Of a stretch of 64,000 bases of DNA, positions 9,506-18,885 are shown in pieces. This DNA comes from Candidatus Fraserbacteria bacterium. GTDB taxonomy: Bacteria; Bipolaricaulota; Bipolaricaulia; RBG-16-55-9; DRXL01. The translations under genes were made by a program, and so were the position numbers. The notes beneath the pieces are model-generated. The model was not told the origin of the DNA. It was given only the letters and a program-made list of their open reading frames with translations, and did not search any database. Location: NCBI GenBank assembly GCA_947085185.1, contig CAMTVK010000001.1, positions 79,243 through 143,242 on the forward strand, written 5' to 3'. Each line of letters opens with the position of its first letter. The stretch's first letter is position 1.

Positions 9506-10818
9506 GATTTGTGGTCATCGGGGCTTCCGCGGCGGGCAGCAGTGCGGCGGAAACCTTGCGTCGCTATGCTCCACAGGCGCAGATTATAGTCGTCTCCGAC
9601 GAAAAGATCACGTACTCCAAGCCCTTGCTCTCGTATTATCTGGCGGGCAAGCTGGGGGAGGAGCAGCTCTTCTTTCGTCCTCCGGATTTCTACGAACGCT
9701 ATAAGATCGAGAGGATTCACGCGCGGGCGGTGGGCCTGCGCCCGGAGAAGAGCGCTGTTGAGCTCTCGGACGGACGAAAGCTTTATTACGATGCGCTCTT
9801 AGTGGCGACCGGGGCCGCGCCGCGCTTTCCCGAGGTCGAAGGGATTCAGCGCGATGGGGTCTTCGGGCTGCGCAGGCTCGAGGACGCTTCTGGGATTCTG
9901 GAGCGGCTGCCCACAGCCCGACGTGCCATAGTGCTGGGTGGGGGCTTAGTGGGGCTGAAGGCCGCAGCAGCCCTGAAAGAACGGGGCTTGCGTGTGACGG
10001 TCTTGGTGGATTCGCCCCATGTGCTCTCGCAGATGCTCGACGAGAGCTCGGCACGGATCTTCGAGAGAATCTTTGAGCAGAATGGGGTCGCGATTCGGAC
10101 AAAAGCAAAGCCCGTTGCTGTGCTAGGCCGAGAGAAGCTCCAAGGCGTTCAGCTCGCTTCTGGGGAGGTCTTCGAGGGTGATCTGGTCGTCGTGGGCAAG
10201 GGCGTCGATCCGAATCTCGAGCTCCTTGAGGGCACATCCATTCAGAGAGACTACGGGATACTTGTGGACGACTATTTGCGCACGAGCGTCGAGAATATTT
10301 ACGCGGCGGGGGACGTGGCGCAGGCTCAAGATGTGCTGCGCGGGGAGCCGTGGATTAACGCGCTGTGGCCCTGTGCCGTCGAGCAAGGGCGCGTCGCAGC
10401 ACTCAATATGCTCGGCAAGGAGACAAGATATCGTGGCTCGATGCGACAGAATAGTGTGCAGTTCTTTGGAGTGCCCGTGATCTCCGCGGGATTAGCCGTG
10501 CTCACGCCGGGACCCTTGGGCGGACGCCCTGGCGAGCACGACGAGACGTTGGAGTTCAGCCCCGCTCCGGGGATTTACAGAAAGATCTTTCTCAAAGACG
10601 ATACAATCGTGGGGTTTGTGCTTGTGGGGGATGTGCCCGCTGCAGGGCTCTTGCGCATCTTGATGGAGCGGCGCGTCAACGTCGCTCCCGTTAAGGAGAG
10701 ATTGCTGGAGCTGGGGCCAGATCTGGGGTATCTCTTGCCCTTGATTGCTGAGAACAGAGAGCAGTTTGCGGAGCGAGAATTCAAAGAACTCGTACAAACT
10801 GTGAGTGTGGAGGTGTGA
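9502..10818 (+). CDS. FAD-dependent pyridine nucleotide oxidoreductase (CODH-associated, NirB/NROR-like)
   Basis: Two Rossmann motifs, ATGA, TSVENIYAAGD. Confidence 0.9.
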   Translation: MRFVVIGASAAGSSAAETLRRYAPQAQIIVVSDEKITYSKPLLSYYLAGKLGEEQLFFRPPDFYERYKIERIHARAVGLRPEKSAVELSDGRKLYYDALLVATGAAPRFPEVEGIQRDGVFGLRRLEDASGILERLPTARRAIVLGGGLVGLKAAAALKERGLRVTVLVDSPHVLSQMLDESSARIFERIFEQNGVAIRTKAKPVAVLGREKLQGVQLASGEVFEGDLVVVGKGVDPNLELLEGTSIQRDYGILVDDYLRTSVENIYAAGDVAQAQDVLRGEPWINALWPCAVEQGRVAALNMLGKETRYRGSMRQNSVQFFGVPVISAGLAVLTPGPLGGRPGEHDETLEFSPAPGIYRKIFLKDDTIVGFVLVGDVPAAGLLRILMERRVNVAPVKERLLELGPDLGYLLPLIAENREQFAEREFKELVQTVSVEV

Positions 10819-10821
10819 AGT

Positions 10822-13044
10822 ATGTCTAAGATCATTGCGACGGCCGCGATCCGCGGAGCGCACAAATATGTCTCCGAGGCGGAGGCCAAACTCAAAGAAG
10901 CGATAGAAACATATAAGCCCGAGAAGAAAGTGGGCTTTCCTAACACAGCGTATCACTTGCCGTTGATCTTGGCGCTGTTGGGCTTGAAAGTCGAGACGCT
11001 CAAGGACTGCCAAGAGGCGTTGCGGCACGCGCGGAGTCTTTTGCCCCCAATTCCAGATGAGAGCTTGTGGTTGCCCTATCTGGGGGACGCTCTCGATGCG
11101 GGGATCGCCACGCTCATTGCAGAGGAGATCATCGAGGCTTTGAAATATTTAGATCCCAGCTATAAGCCAGATCCTCCCTTCTTGGGCTTCACCGACGACG
11201 CGATTTTGCGCACTCAAGGGATTAAGCTAGTAGACGGACGGATGCCGGGCTTTGCGGCGTGCGTAGGGGCGCTGCCGACCAATAAAGATGCCGTGGAACT
11301 CGCGCGCGCCCTGCAAGAGCGCAACATCTTAGTCTTCATGGCCGGGGACTCCTACGGGCGCTCGATGGCCGAACAGTTGGCCGAAGAAGGGATTGAAATG
11401 GGCTGGGACACTTATCTCGTTCCCTACGGCAAGCATGTCGGCGCGGCAGTCTTCGCGTTGAACTTTGCGGCCCGTGCTGCTATGACCTTTGGGGGGATCA
11501 AGCCCGGCAGCTTCGAGGCGGCTCGCAAGATTCTTTTGTATAACAAAGAGCGCGTCTTCGCATTCGTGCTCGCGCTGGGGGCCGACCCGGGCGTCGATGG
11601 TTCAGGCCAGCTTTTGAGCGACGAGAAGTATGCCACCGCCGCGGGCGCCATCAACTTCGGCTTCCCTGTTATCGCCAACGTCCCCATCCCGCAAATTCTC
11701 CCCCGGGGCATCTGCACATATGAGCACGTCGTCTCTGGGATCTCGCTGGACAAGATCATTCAAAAAGCCGTCGAAGTCCGCGGGCTCAAGCTCAAGCTCT
11801 CTAAAATCCCGATTCCCGTGCCGTACGGGGCGAGCTTCGAGGGCGAGCGCGTACGAAAAGAGAATCTCTTTGTAGAATTCGGGGGCAAGTATTCAACGGC
11901 GTTTGAGCTGCTGCGCGCCCGGCCCATGGACGAGGTCGAAGACGGCAAGATTGAACTCATAGGCCCAGATATAGACAAGGCCCAAGAGCGCGGGGCTATG
12001 CCACTTGGCGTGATCGTTGACGTAGCGGGGCGCAACTTGAAGACCGACTTCGAGCCCGTCTTAGAGCGCAGAATCCATCACTTCATCAGCTGTATTAATG
12101 GGGTGATGCACATCGGGCAGCGCGATATTCCGTGGGTGCGCATCTCCAAAGAAGCTTACGAGAAGGGCTTTCGCCTGAGACACTACGGCGAGGTCTTGGT
12201 CGCAAAATTCAAAGAAGATTTCGGGGCTCTTGTCGATAAAGTCCAAGTGACGATTGTCACCGACCAAGCCAAAGTAGAAGAACTGCTCAAAGGAGCTCGC
12301 GAGATCTATCGTGCTCGCGACGAGCGCGTCATGGGGATGAGGGACGAGGACGTAGATACGTTCTATAGTTGCATCTTGTGCCAGAGCTACGCGCCCAATC
12401 ACGTCTGCATCGTCACGCCCCAGCGCTTGGGCCTCTGCGGAGCCTATACGTGGTTAGACTGCGGCGCTTCGTACGAGATGGACCCGCACGGGCCCAACAA
12501 GCCCGTGACCAAGGGCCTCTGTCTCGATCCCGTCCTGGGCGAGTGGCAGGGGGTCAACGAGTACGTGCGCGGGGCTTCTAACGGCAACTTAGAGAAAGTG
12601 AGCATGTACTCGATCATGCAGAACCCCCAGACTTCGTGCGGCTGCTTTGAGTGCATCGTCGCGGTCTTGCCTGAAGCCAATGGGGTGATGGTCGTCAGCC
12701 GCGAGTATCAAGGGGAGACCCCCATCGGCATGACCTTCTCGACGATGGCCGGCGAAGTCGGCGGCGGCGTGCAGACGCCGGGGTTCTTGGGCGTGGGCAA
12801 ACTCTATCTGACGAGCGAAAAATTTATCAGTGCTGAGGGCGGGATTAAGAGATTGGTCTGGATGCCCAGCGAACTGAAAGAAGAGATCAAAGATCGCCTG
12901 CAGAAGCGTTTGGAGGAGATCGGGATGCCGGAGCTCTTCGACAAGATCGCTACTGAGAAAGACGCAACAACCAGTGAAGAGCTGTTGGAGTTCTTGCAGC
13001 GTGTGGGCCACCCGGCATTAGAGATGGAGCCGATTGTACAATAG
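10822..13044 (+). CDS. acsB: acetyl-CoA synthase (bacterial full-length type)
   Basis: FYSCILCQS, HVC, GLCGA, TSCGCFE A-cluster ligands; N-terminal GFPNTAYHLP. Confidence 0.98.
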   Translation: MSKIIATAAIRGAHKYVSEAEAKLKEAIETYKPEKKVGFPNTAYHLPLILALLGLKVETLKDCQEALRHARSLLPPIPDESLWLPYLGDALDAGIATLIAEEIIEALKYLDPSYKPDPPFLGFTDDAILRTQGIKLVDGRMPGFAACVGALPTNKDAVELARALQERNILVFMAGDSYGRSMAEQLAEEGIEMGWDTYLVPYGKHVGAAVFALNFAARAAMTFGGIKPGSFEAARKILLYNKERVFAFVLALGADPGVDGSGQLLSDEKYATAAGAINFGFPVIANVPIPQILPRGICTYEHVVSGISLDKIIQKAVEVRGLKLKLSKIPIPVPYGASFEGERVRKENLFVEFGGKYSTAFELLRARPMDEVEDGKIELIGPDIDKAQERGAMPLGVIVDVAGRNLKTDFEPVLERRIHHFISCINGVMHIGQRDIPWVRISKEAYEKGFRLRHYGEVLVAKFKEDFGALVDKVQVTIVTDQAKVEELLKGAREIYRARDERVMGMRDEDVDTFYSCILCQSYAPNHVCIVTPQRLGLCGAYTWLDCGASYEMDPHGPNKPVTKGLCLDPVLGEWQGVNEYVRGASNGNLEKVSMYSIMQNPQTSCGCFECIVAVLPEANGVMVVSREYQGETPIGMTFSTMAGEVGGGVQTPGFLGVGKLYLTSEKFISAEGGIKRLVWMPSELKEEIKDRLQKRLEEIGMPELFDKIATEKDATTSEELLEFLQRVGHPALEMEPIVQ

Positions 13045-13057
13045 GAGCTGATGCTCT

Positions 13058-14401
13058 ATGGCTAAGCTCACGGGAATAGAGATCTATAAGCACCTGCCCA
13101 AGACCAACTGCGGGGATTGTAACTTCCCCACGTGTATGGCATTTGCGATGCAAGTCGCGGCCAAAAAAGTCGGGCTGGAGCAGTGCCCGCACGTCTCGGC
13201 AGAAGCCAAAGCGGCGCTCTCCGAGGCGCAAGCTCCCCCTATGCGCACCGTAACTGTAGGTGCGGGAGATCGTGCGCTCAAGCTCGGGGGCGAGACGGTT
13301 CTGTTCCGACACGAAGAGAAATTCCATCACCCCACGGCGATCGCCATCCGGGTGCGCGATGATCTCTCCGAGAATGAGCTTGTCCAGCGCATCGAGAAGA
13401 TCAATCAATTACAGTTTGTGCGCGTGGGCCAGCTCATCGGGGTCAACGCCATTGCTATCGAGCAGACAGCTCAGGACGTCAATAAGTTCGTGCAGGCGGT
13501 CAAGCTTGCTGCGGAGAAGTCGCCCTTGGCATTGGTGCTCGTGAGCTCGGACCCGCAGGCGCTCCAGGCAGCTCTCGAGATCTGCGCCGAGCGGCGCCCG
13601 CTGCTCTGTGCAGCGAACGCAGAAAATTTTAAAGAGTTCGCAGCGCTCGCGAAACATTTTCAGTGTCCGCTCGCGGTGCGCGCAGCAACGCTCGAAGAAC
13701 TTGCCGAACTTACGCAACAGATCAAATCTCTCGGCGTCGAAGATCTCGTGCTTCAGCCGGAGATCTCTGGGCTGGCCGATGGCTTGATGAAGCTGACGCA
13801 GCTGCGCCGGCTCGCGCTAGAGAAAAATTTCAGGGCTGTGGGCTACCCCGTGATGGCCTCCCTCCACGGGAGCGATCCGTTCCTGGAGAGCGCTTATGCT
13901 GGAGCGTTCGTGTGCAAATATGCGAGTCTGGTCGTGATGGACGGCGCGGAGCGCTCGCAGCTGTTGCCCATTCTCACTGTCCGACAGAATATCTTCACCG
14001 ATCCTCAAGTGCCCAATGCCGTTGAAGCGAAGCTCTACAAAGTCGGCGAGCCCGGCCCTCACTCCCCGGTGCTCGTCACCACGAACTTTGCGCTCACGTA
14101 CTTTACGGTCGAAGGTGAGGTCGAGAACAGCCGTGTCCCAGCGTATATCACGGTGGTGGACACGGGCGGCCTTGGGGTGCTCAATGCCTACGCCGATGAC
14201 AAACTCACGGCTGAAGCTATCGTGAAAGCCGTCAAGAGTTCTGGAGTGATGGATCAAGTGGCTCACAAGAGATTGGTCATTCCGGGCTTAGTTGCGGTGC
14301 TCAAAGGCGAGATTGAAGATTTGGGGGGCTGGGAGGTCTTAGTCGGCCCAGAAGAAGCCGCGGGGATTCCCGCGTACCTGAAGAACGAATGGAAGGCGTA
14401 A
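13058..14401 (+). CDS. acsC: corrinoid Fe-S protein large subunit
   Basis: LPKTNCGDCNFPTCMAFA..CP, TTNFALTYF. Confidence 0.97.
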   Translation: MAKLTGIEIYKHLPKTNCGDCNFPTCMAFAMQVAAKKVGLEQCPHVSAEAKAALSEAQAPPMRTVTVGAGDRALKLGGETVLFRHEEKFHHPTAIAIRVRDDLSENELVQRIEKINQLQFVRVGQLIGVNAIAIEQTAQDVNKFVQAVKLAAEKSPLALVLVSSDPQALQAALEICAERRPLLCAANAENFKEFAALAKHFQCPLAVRAATLEELAELTQQIKSLGVEDLVLQPEISGLADGLMKLTQLRRLALEKNFRAVGYPVMASLHGSDPFLESAYAGAFVCKYASLVVMDGAERSQLLPILTVRQNIFTDPQVPNAVEAKLYKVGEPGPHSPVLVTTNFALTYFTVEGEVENSRVPAYITVVDTGGLGVLNAYADDKLTAEAIVKAVKSSGVMDQVAHKRLVIPGLVAVLKGEIEDLGGWEVLVGPEEAAGIPAYLKNEWKA

Positions 14402-14404
14402 GCG

Positions 14405-16336
14405 ATGCCCAAAGTGACGTTCCATCCCGATGAGGTGAGTGTTGTCGTCGAGCGCGGCGTGACCGTGCAGGCCGCGGCCAAGGCCGCCGGCGTCGAGCTC
14501 GCCAGCATCTGCGGCGGTGATGGGATTTGTGGCCGCTGTCGCGTCATCGTCAAGAACGGCAATATCGAAGCCGCATCGACGACGCTCTTAACTCGGGATG
14601 AGATTCAGAAGGGCTATGTGCTCGCCTGTCAGACCAAAGTCCTCGGTGACGTCGACGTGGAAGTCCCCCCACAGACCCGCGCCGAAGAGGGCCAGATCTT
14701 AATAGACCTAGACGCGCAGCGCTTCCGCGCCCTCTACCAAGAAGAGAAGATCTCGTTCACGCACGAGCCCCTGGTGCAAAAGCTCTATTTGGAACTACCT
14801 CCGCCCACACTCCACGACAACTTGGCCGACCATCAACGGCTCTATCGGGAGGTCCGAAGGCACAGAAGCTACCCGATCATGCAGACGGGGCTGAAGGTCT
14901 TGCGGGCGCAGCCCAAGCTCCTGCGCCAGAGCCACTGGAGAGTGACGGCGACGTTAGGGCTGCGCGGTGGTGTCGTCGAGGTCTTGCAGCTTGAAGGCGG
15001 GGATACTTCCAAGCGCGCTTACGGGATCGCTGTGGACGTGGGCACGTCCACCGTCGTGGCCCACTTAGTGGACTTGAACACAGGCCGGACGATAGACGCC
15101 GAAGCGATGTATAACTCGCAGCGGGCCTACGGCGAAGAAGTCACACGCAGAATTCTCTACGCGGAGCGCGGCGGCTTGGAGCCATTACAGAAGACCATCG
15201 TCAACGACATCAATAACTTAATTACGGCGCTGGTGGAGCGCAATAAGATCGCGCTCCATGACTGTTTAGCGGTCGCCTGCGCGGGCAACACCACGATGAT
15301 GCACTTGCTCTTGGGGCTTGATCCCAGCTCGATCCGGCGCGATCCGTATGTGTCGTGCTCGACGGCGCCCCCACCGGTGCGCGCCGCTGAAGTGGGCATC
15401 CACATCAATCCTCGGGGGTTATTGTACTGTCTGCCGGCTATTGGGGGCTGGGTCGGCGGCGATGTCACCGCGGGGATCCTAGCGACGGGGCTCTATGAGT
15501 CTGACAAGACCGTGATGCTCATAGACGTGGGCACCAACGGGGAGATCGTCATCGGGCGTCGCGAAGGCCGCTTCTATTGGTTGGTGACGTGTTCGGCTTC
15601 AGCGGGGCCGGCCTTTGAGGGCTCCGGGGTCAAGTGTGGCATGAAGGCGAGTCGCGGCGCTATCGAGCGCGTCCAGATCTCCCCCGACGGCAATGTCTTA
15701 TATAAGACCGTGGGCAACGTCCGGCCCAAGGGGATCTGTGGGTCTGGGTTGATAGACTTGGTCGCGGGGCTCTTAGAAGCCGGGTTTATAGATCGCTCGG
15801 GGAGGCTCATTCCCGAGGCCAGCCCGCGCATGCGCGAGTGCGATGGGGTCTTAGAATTCGTCGTAGTCCCGGCACAGCGCTCGGCGACTGGGAAAGATAT
15901 CGTGATCACCCAAGCAGATATAGAGAATCTGGTGCGGGCCAAAGCGGCGATCTACGCCGGGACTCTGATCTTGCTCAAATCGCTCAATCTCGATATGACC
16001 GACATAGATCGGATCTTTATCGCCGGGGGCTTTGGAAACTATCTCGACCGAGAGAAAGCGATTATGATCGGGCTTATTCCCGATCTGCCGTTAGAGAAGA
16101 TTCGCTTTGTGGGGAACACGTCTATTTTGGGAGCCAAGATGGCGCTGCTGTCGCGGGAGGCGTGGGAGAAGTGTGAGGAGATCGCGCAGAGCGCGACATA
16201 CTACGATCTGATCAGCTTCCCGCACTACTACGAAGAATTTCTCGCGGCCAAGTTCTTGCCTCACACGGAGCTGGAGCGATTCCCATCGGTGCAGGAGCGA
16301 TTGCGGGTGAAGGAAGCGCTATGGCATTCACGATAG
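14405..16336 (+). CDS. acsV: reductive activator of corrinoid protein (RACo, 2Fe-2S + ASKHA)
   Basis: CGGDGICGRC, DVGTST, DVGTNGE, SAGPAFEG, GICGSG. Confidence 0.93.
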   Translation: MPKVTFHPDEVSVVVERGVTVQAAAKAAGVELASICGGDGICGRCRVIVKNGNIEAASTTLLTRDEIQKGYVLACQTKVLGDVDVEVPPQTRAEEGQILIDLDAQRFRALYQEEKISFTHEPLVQKLYLELPPPTLHDNLADHQRLYREVRRHRSYPIMQTGLKVLRAQPKLLRQSHWRVTATLGLRGGVVEVLQLEGGDTSKRAYGIAVDVGTSTVVAHLVDLNTGRTIDAEAMYNSQRAYGEEVTRRILYAERGGLEPLQKTIVNDINNLITALVERNKIALHDCLAVACAGNTTMMHLLLGLDPSSIRRDPYVSCSTAPPPVRAAEVGIHINPRGLLYCLPAIGGWVGGDVTAGILATGLYESDKTVMLIDVGTNGEIVIGRREGRFYWLVTCSASAGPAFEGSGVKCGMKASRGAIERVQISPDGNVLYKTVGNVRPKGICGSGLIDLVAGLLEAGFIDRSGRLIPEASPRMRECDGVLEFVVVPAQRSATGKDIVITQADIENLVRAKAAIYAGTLILLKSLNLDMTDIDRIFIAGGFGNYLDREKAIMIGLIPDLPLEKIRFVGNTSILGAKMALLSREAWEKCEEIAQSATYYDLISFPHYYEEFLAAKFLPHTELERFPSVQERLRVKEALWHSR

Positions 16337-17094
16337 CGGTTGCGGGCAAGGGTGGTGTGGGCAAGACGACCGTCGCGGGGTTGATCGCTCGGCTGCTCGT
16401 CGAGCAGGGCAACGGCCCAGTGCTCGCTATTGACGCTGATCCCAACACGAACTTCCATGAGGTCTTGGGACTGAATATTGAGCAGACTATCGGTGAGCTG
16501 CGCGAGGAGACGTTACAGCGCATTAAGGACCTGCCGCCAGGGGTCACCAAAGATCAGTACTTGGAGTATGGGCTGCAGCAGTGTCTCGTCGAGAGCCATG
16601 GGATTGATCTCTTAGCGATGGGGCGGGGCGAGGGCCCCTTCTGTTACTGCGCCGTCAATCACGTGCTGCGCCGATATATAGAGATCTTGAGCAAGAACTA
16701 TAAGTACGTGGTGCTGGACAACGAAGCAGGGCTGGAGCATCTGTCGCGGCGCACAACACAAGACGTTGACGTTCTCTTAGTGATTAGTGATGCGACGCCG
16801 GTGGCGCTGCAAGCAGCCGCTCGCATCAACAAATTAGCTGACGAGCTGCAGCTGCGCATCCATAAGAGATTTTTGGTGCTCAACCATGTGAGTGATGGGG
16901 CACAGCTTCAACGAGTGCTGGACAAGATCGCGCAGACAGGGCTCGCTCTCATAGGGGAGATCCCCACCGACGAGGTGCTCATGCGTCTCAGTTTTGCGGG
17001 CCAGCCCCTCAGCGAGCTGCCCCAGGATTCTCCCGCGAAGCTCGCGGCCAAAGCGATCGTGGAGAAGATTTTGCACAGCGGAGGAGGATCATAA
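16321..17094 (+). CDS. acsF: CooC2/AcsF nickel-insertion ATPase
   Basis: AGKGGVGKTT, GPFCYC, DNEAGLEHLSRRT. Confidence 0.9.
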   Translation: MAFTIAVAGKGGVGKTTVAGLIARLLVEQGNGPVLAIDADPNTNFHEVLGLNIEQTIGELREETLQRIKDLPPGVTKDQYLEYGLQQCLVESHGIDLLAMGRGEGPFCYCAVNHVLRRYIEILSKNYKYVVLDNEAGLEHLSRRTTQDVDVLLVISDATPVALQAAARINKLADELQLRIHKRFLVLNHVSDGAQLQRVLDKIAQTGLALIGEIPTDEVLMRLSFAGQPLSELPQDSPAKLAAKAIVEKILHSGGGS

Positions 17095-17095
17095 G

Positions 17096-18076
17096 ATGCC
17101 CATCGCTCTTCCCGATGTCAAGAAGACTTGGCCGAACGCGATCAATACAGTGACTCTGGGGGCAACCACAGACGAGGGCGGCACGCGCACGAAAAAAGTC
17201 ACTGTGGGTGGGGCCACAGCGTTGCCGTTCCATCACTTCGAGGGCGCGATGCCCCATCCCCCAGTGATCGCGATGGAGGTTTGGGATGTCGTTCCCCAGG
17301 ATTGGCCGGATGTACTCGCCGAGCACTTCGCGGACGTCTGGCACGATCCGGGGCTGTGGGCCCAAAAGTGTGTGGAGCAGTACGGTGCTGACTTGATTTG
17401 CTTGCGGCTTGCAGGCTGCGATCCCGTGAGAGAGAATCGCGGCCCACAGGAAGCAGCCCAGGCTGTTAAGCGCGTCTTAGAATCTGTGGGCGTGCCGCTG
17501 ATCGTTTGGGGCACGGGTAATGACGACAAAGACAACGAGATCTTCCCAGCTGTCGCCGAGGCTGCTGCAGGGGAGAACTGTCTGTTGGGCACGATCACTG
17601 AAGAGAACTATAAGACTTTAGTGGCGCTCTGCACAGCGTACAAGCACAAAGTGATCGCCGAGTCGCCCTGCGACGTGAACATCGCCAAGCAAGTCAATAT
17701 CTTAGCAACAGATATGGGCTTCAAGCCCGAAGATATCGTGATCTATCCCACGAGCGCGGCGCTCGGCTATGGGTTGGAGTACGTCTACTCCGTGATGGAG
17801 CGCGCACGGTTAGCAGCCCTGCGTGGAGATAAGATGCTCTCGCAGCCCATGATCTGCGATATCGGGATTGAAGTCTGGGGCGTGAAAGAAGCGAAAGCGA
17901 GTGAACAAGAGCTTCCCGAATGGGGCGCGCAAAAAGAGCGTGGGCCGCTGTGGGAGGCGAGCACGGCGTATGTCTATCTCTTAGCAGGTGCAGATATCTT
18001 AGTGCTGCGCCATCCGCGGGCTGTCGCGAGCGTGCGCGAAGCCATCAAACACTTGATGGGAGATGGTCTCGCATGA
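17096..18076 (+). CDS. acsD: corrinoid Fe-S protein small subunit
   Basis: DVNIAKQVN, ALGYGLEY, AGADILVLRHP; RBS GGAGG before ATG 17096. Confidence 0.95.
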   Translation: MPIALPDVKKTWPNAINTVTLGATTDEGGTRTKKVTVGGATALPFHHFEGAMPHPPVIAMEVWDVVPQDWPDVLAEHFADVWHDPGLWAQKCVEQYGADLICLRLAGCDPVRENRGPQEAAQAVKRVLESVGVPLIVWGTGNDDKDNEIFPAVAEAAAGENCLLGTITEENYKTLVALCTAYKHKVIAESPCDVNIAKQVNILATDMGFKPEDIVIYPTSAALGYGLEYVYSVMERARLAALRGDKMLSQPMICDIGIEVWGVKEAKASEQELPEWGAQKERGPLWEASTAYVYLLAGADILVLRHPRAVASVREAIKHLMGDGLA

Positions 18077-18876
18077 TTCTGATAGGGGAGCGCATCAACG
18101 GGAGTTTTAAAGATATCGGAGCTGCAATCAAAGAGAAGAACAAAGCTCCGATCCAAGAGTGGGCAAAGAGACAAACGGAAGCTGGTGCGGACTATCTGGA
18201 CATTAACTTAGGAGCAGTCTCCAAGAGCGCAGATGACTTCCGCTGGCTCATTCAGACAGTCTGTGAGGCCGTCCCCACCCCGATCTCCATTGACTACAAC
18301 AAGCTCGATCTGATGCGCGCGGGCTTGGAAGCTTATAGAGACTATGGAGGCGGGCGCCCAGTGATCATCAACAGCACGACGGCCGAAGATAGCAAGCTCA
18401 TGCCGTTAGTTGAGCTTGCAGTACAGTACAACGCTGGGCTGATCGGGGTGGTGATGGACGAGCGCGGCAGCCCGCAGGACGTCGACAGAAGGGTCGAGCT
18501 TGGAGCGAAGATCTTTGCTGTCGCCAGTGAAGCTGGGCTGACCCCCGACAGAATCTATCTGGACCCGATCGTGATGCCCTTGAAGTTTATGCAAGAGCAA
18601 GCCAAGAACGTCCTAGAAGCGATCAGGCAGTTCGCGATGATCTCTGAGCCGCCACCGCATATTTCGATTGGGCTGAGTAATATCTGTTCCAAAGCGCAAG
18701 AACGCTCGCTCATCAACCGGACTTTTTTGGTCATGGCCATGGCTATGGGGTGTGATACAGCGATCTGCAACGTCTGCGATCAGGAGCTAATGAACGCCGT
18801 GGCTACGGCAGAGCTGATTCTCAACAAAGAGATCTACAGCGACAGCTATTTGAAGGCATATCGGAAGAATGTGTAA
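18073..18876 (+). CDS. acsE: methyl-THF:corrinoid Fe-S protein methyltransferase
   Basis: MILIGERING, IINST, GLSN pterin-binding motifs. Confidence 0.95.
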   Translation: MILIGERINGSFKDIGAAIKEKNKAPIQEWAKRQTEAGADYLDINLGAVSKSADDFRWLIQTVCEAVPTPISIDYNKLDLMRAGLEAYRDYGGGRPVIINSTTAEDSKLMPLVELAVQYNAGLIGVVMDERGSPQDVDRRVELGAKIFAVASEAGLTPDRIYLDPIVMPLKFMQEQAKNVLEAIRQFAMISEPPPHISIGLSNICSKAQERSLINRTFLVMAMAMGCDTAICNVCDQELMNAVATAELILNKEIYSDSYLKAYRKNV

Positions 18877-18885
18877 GGAGGAGCT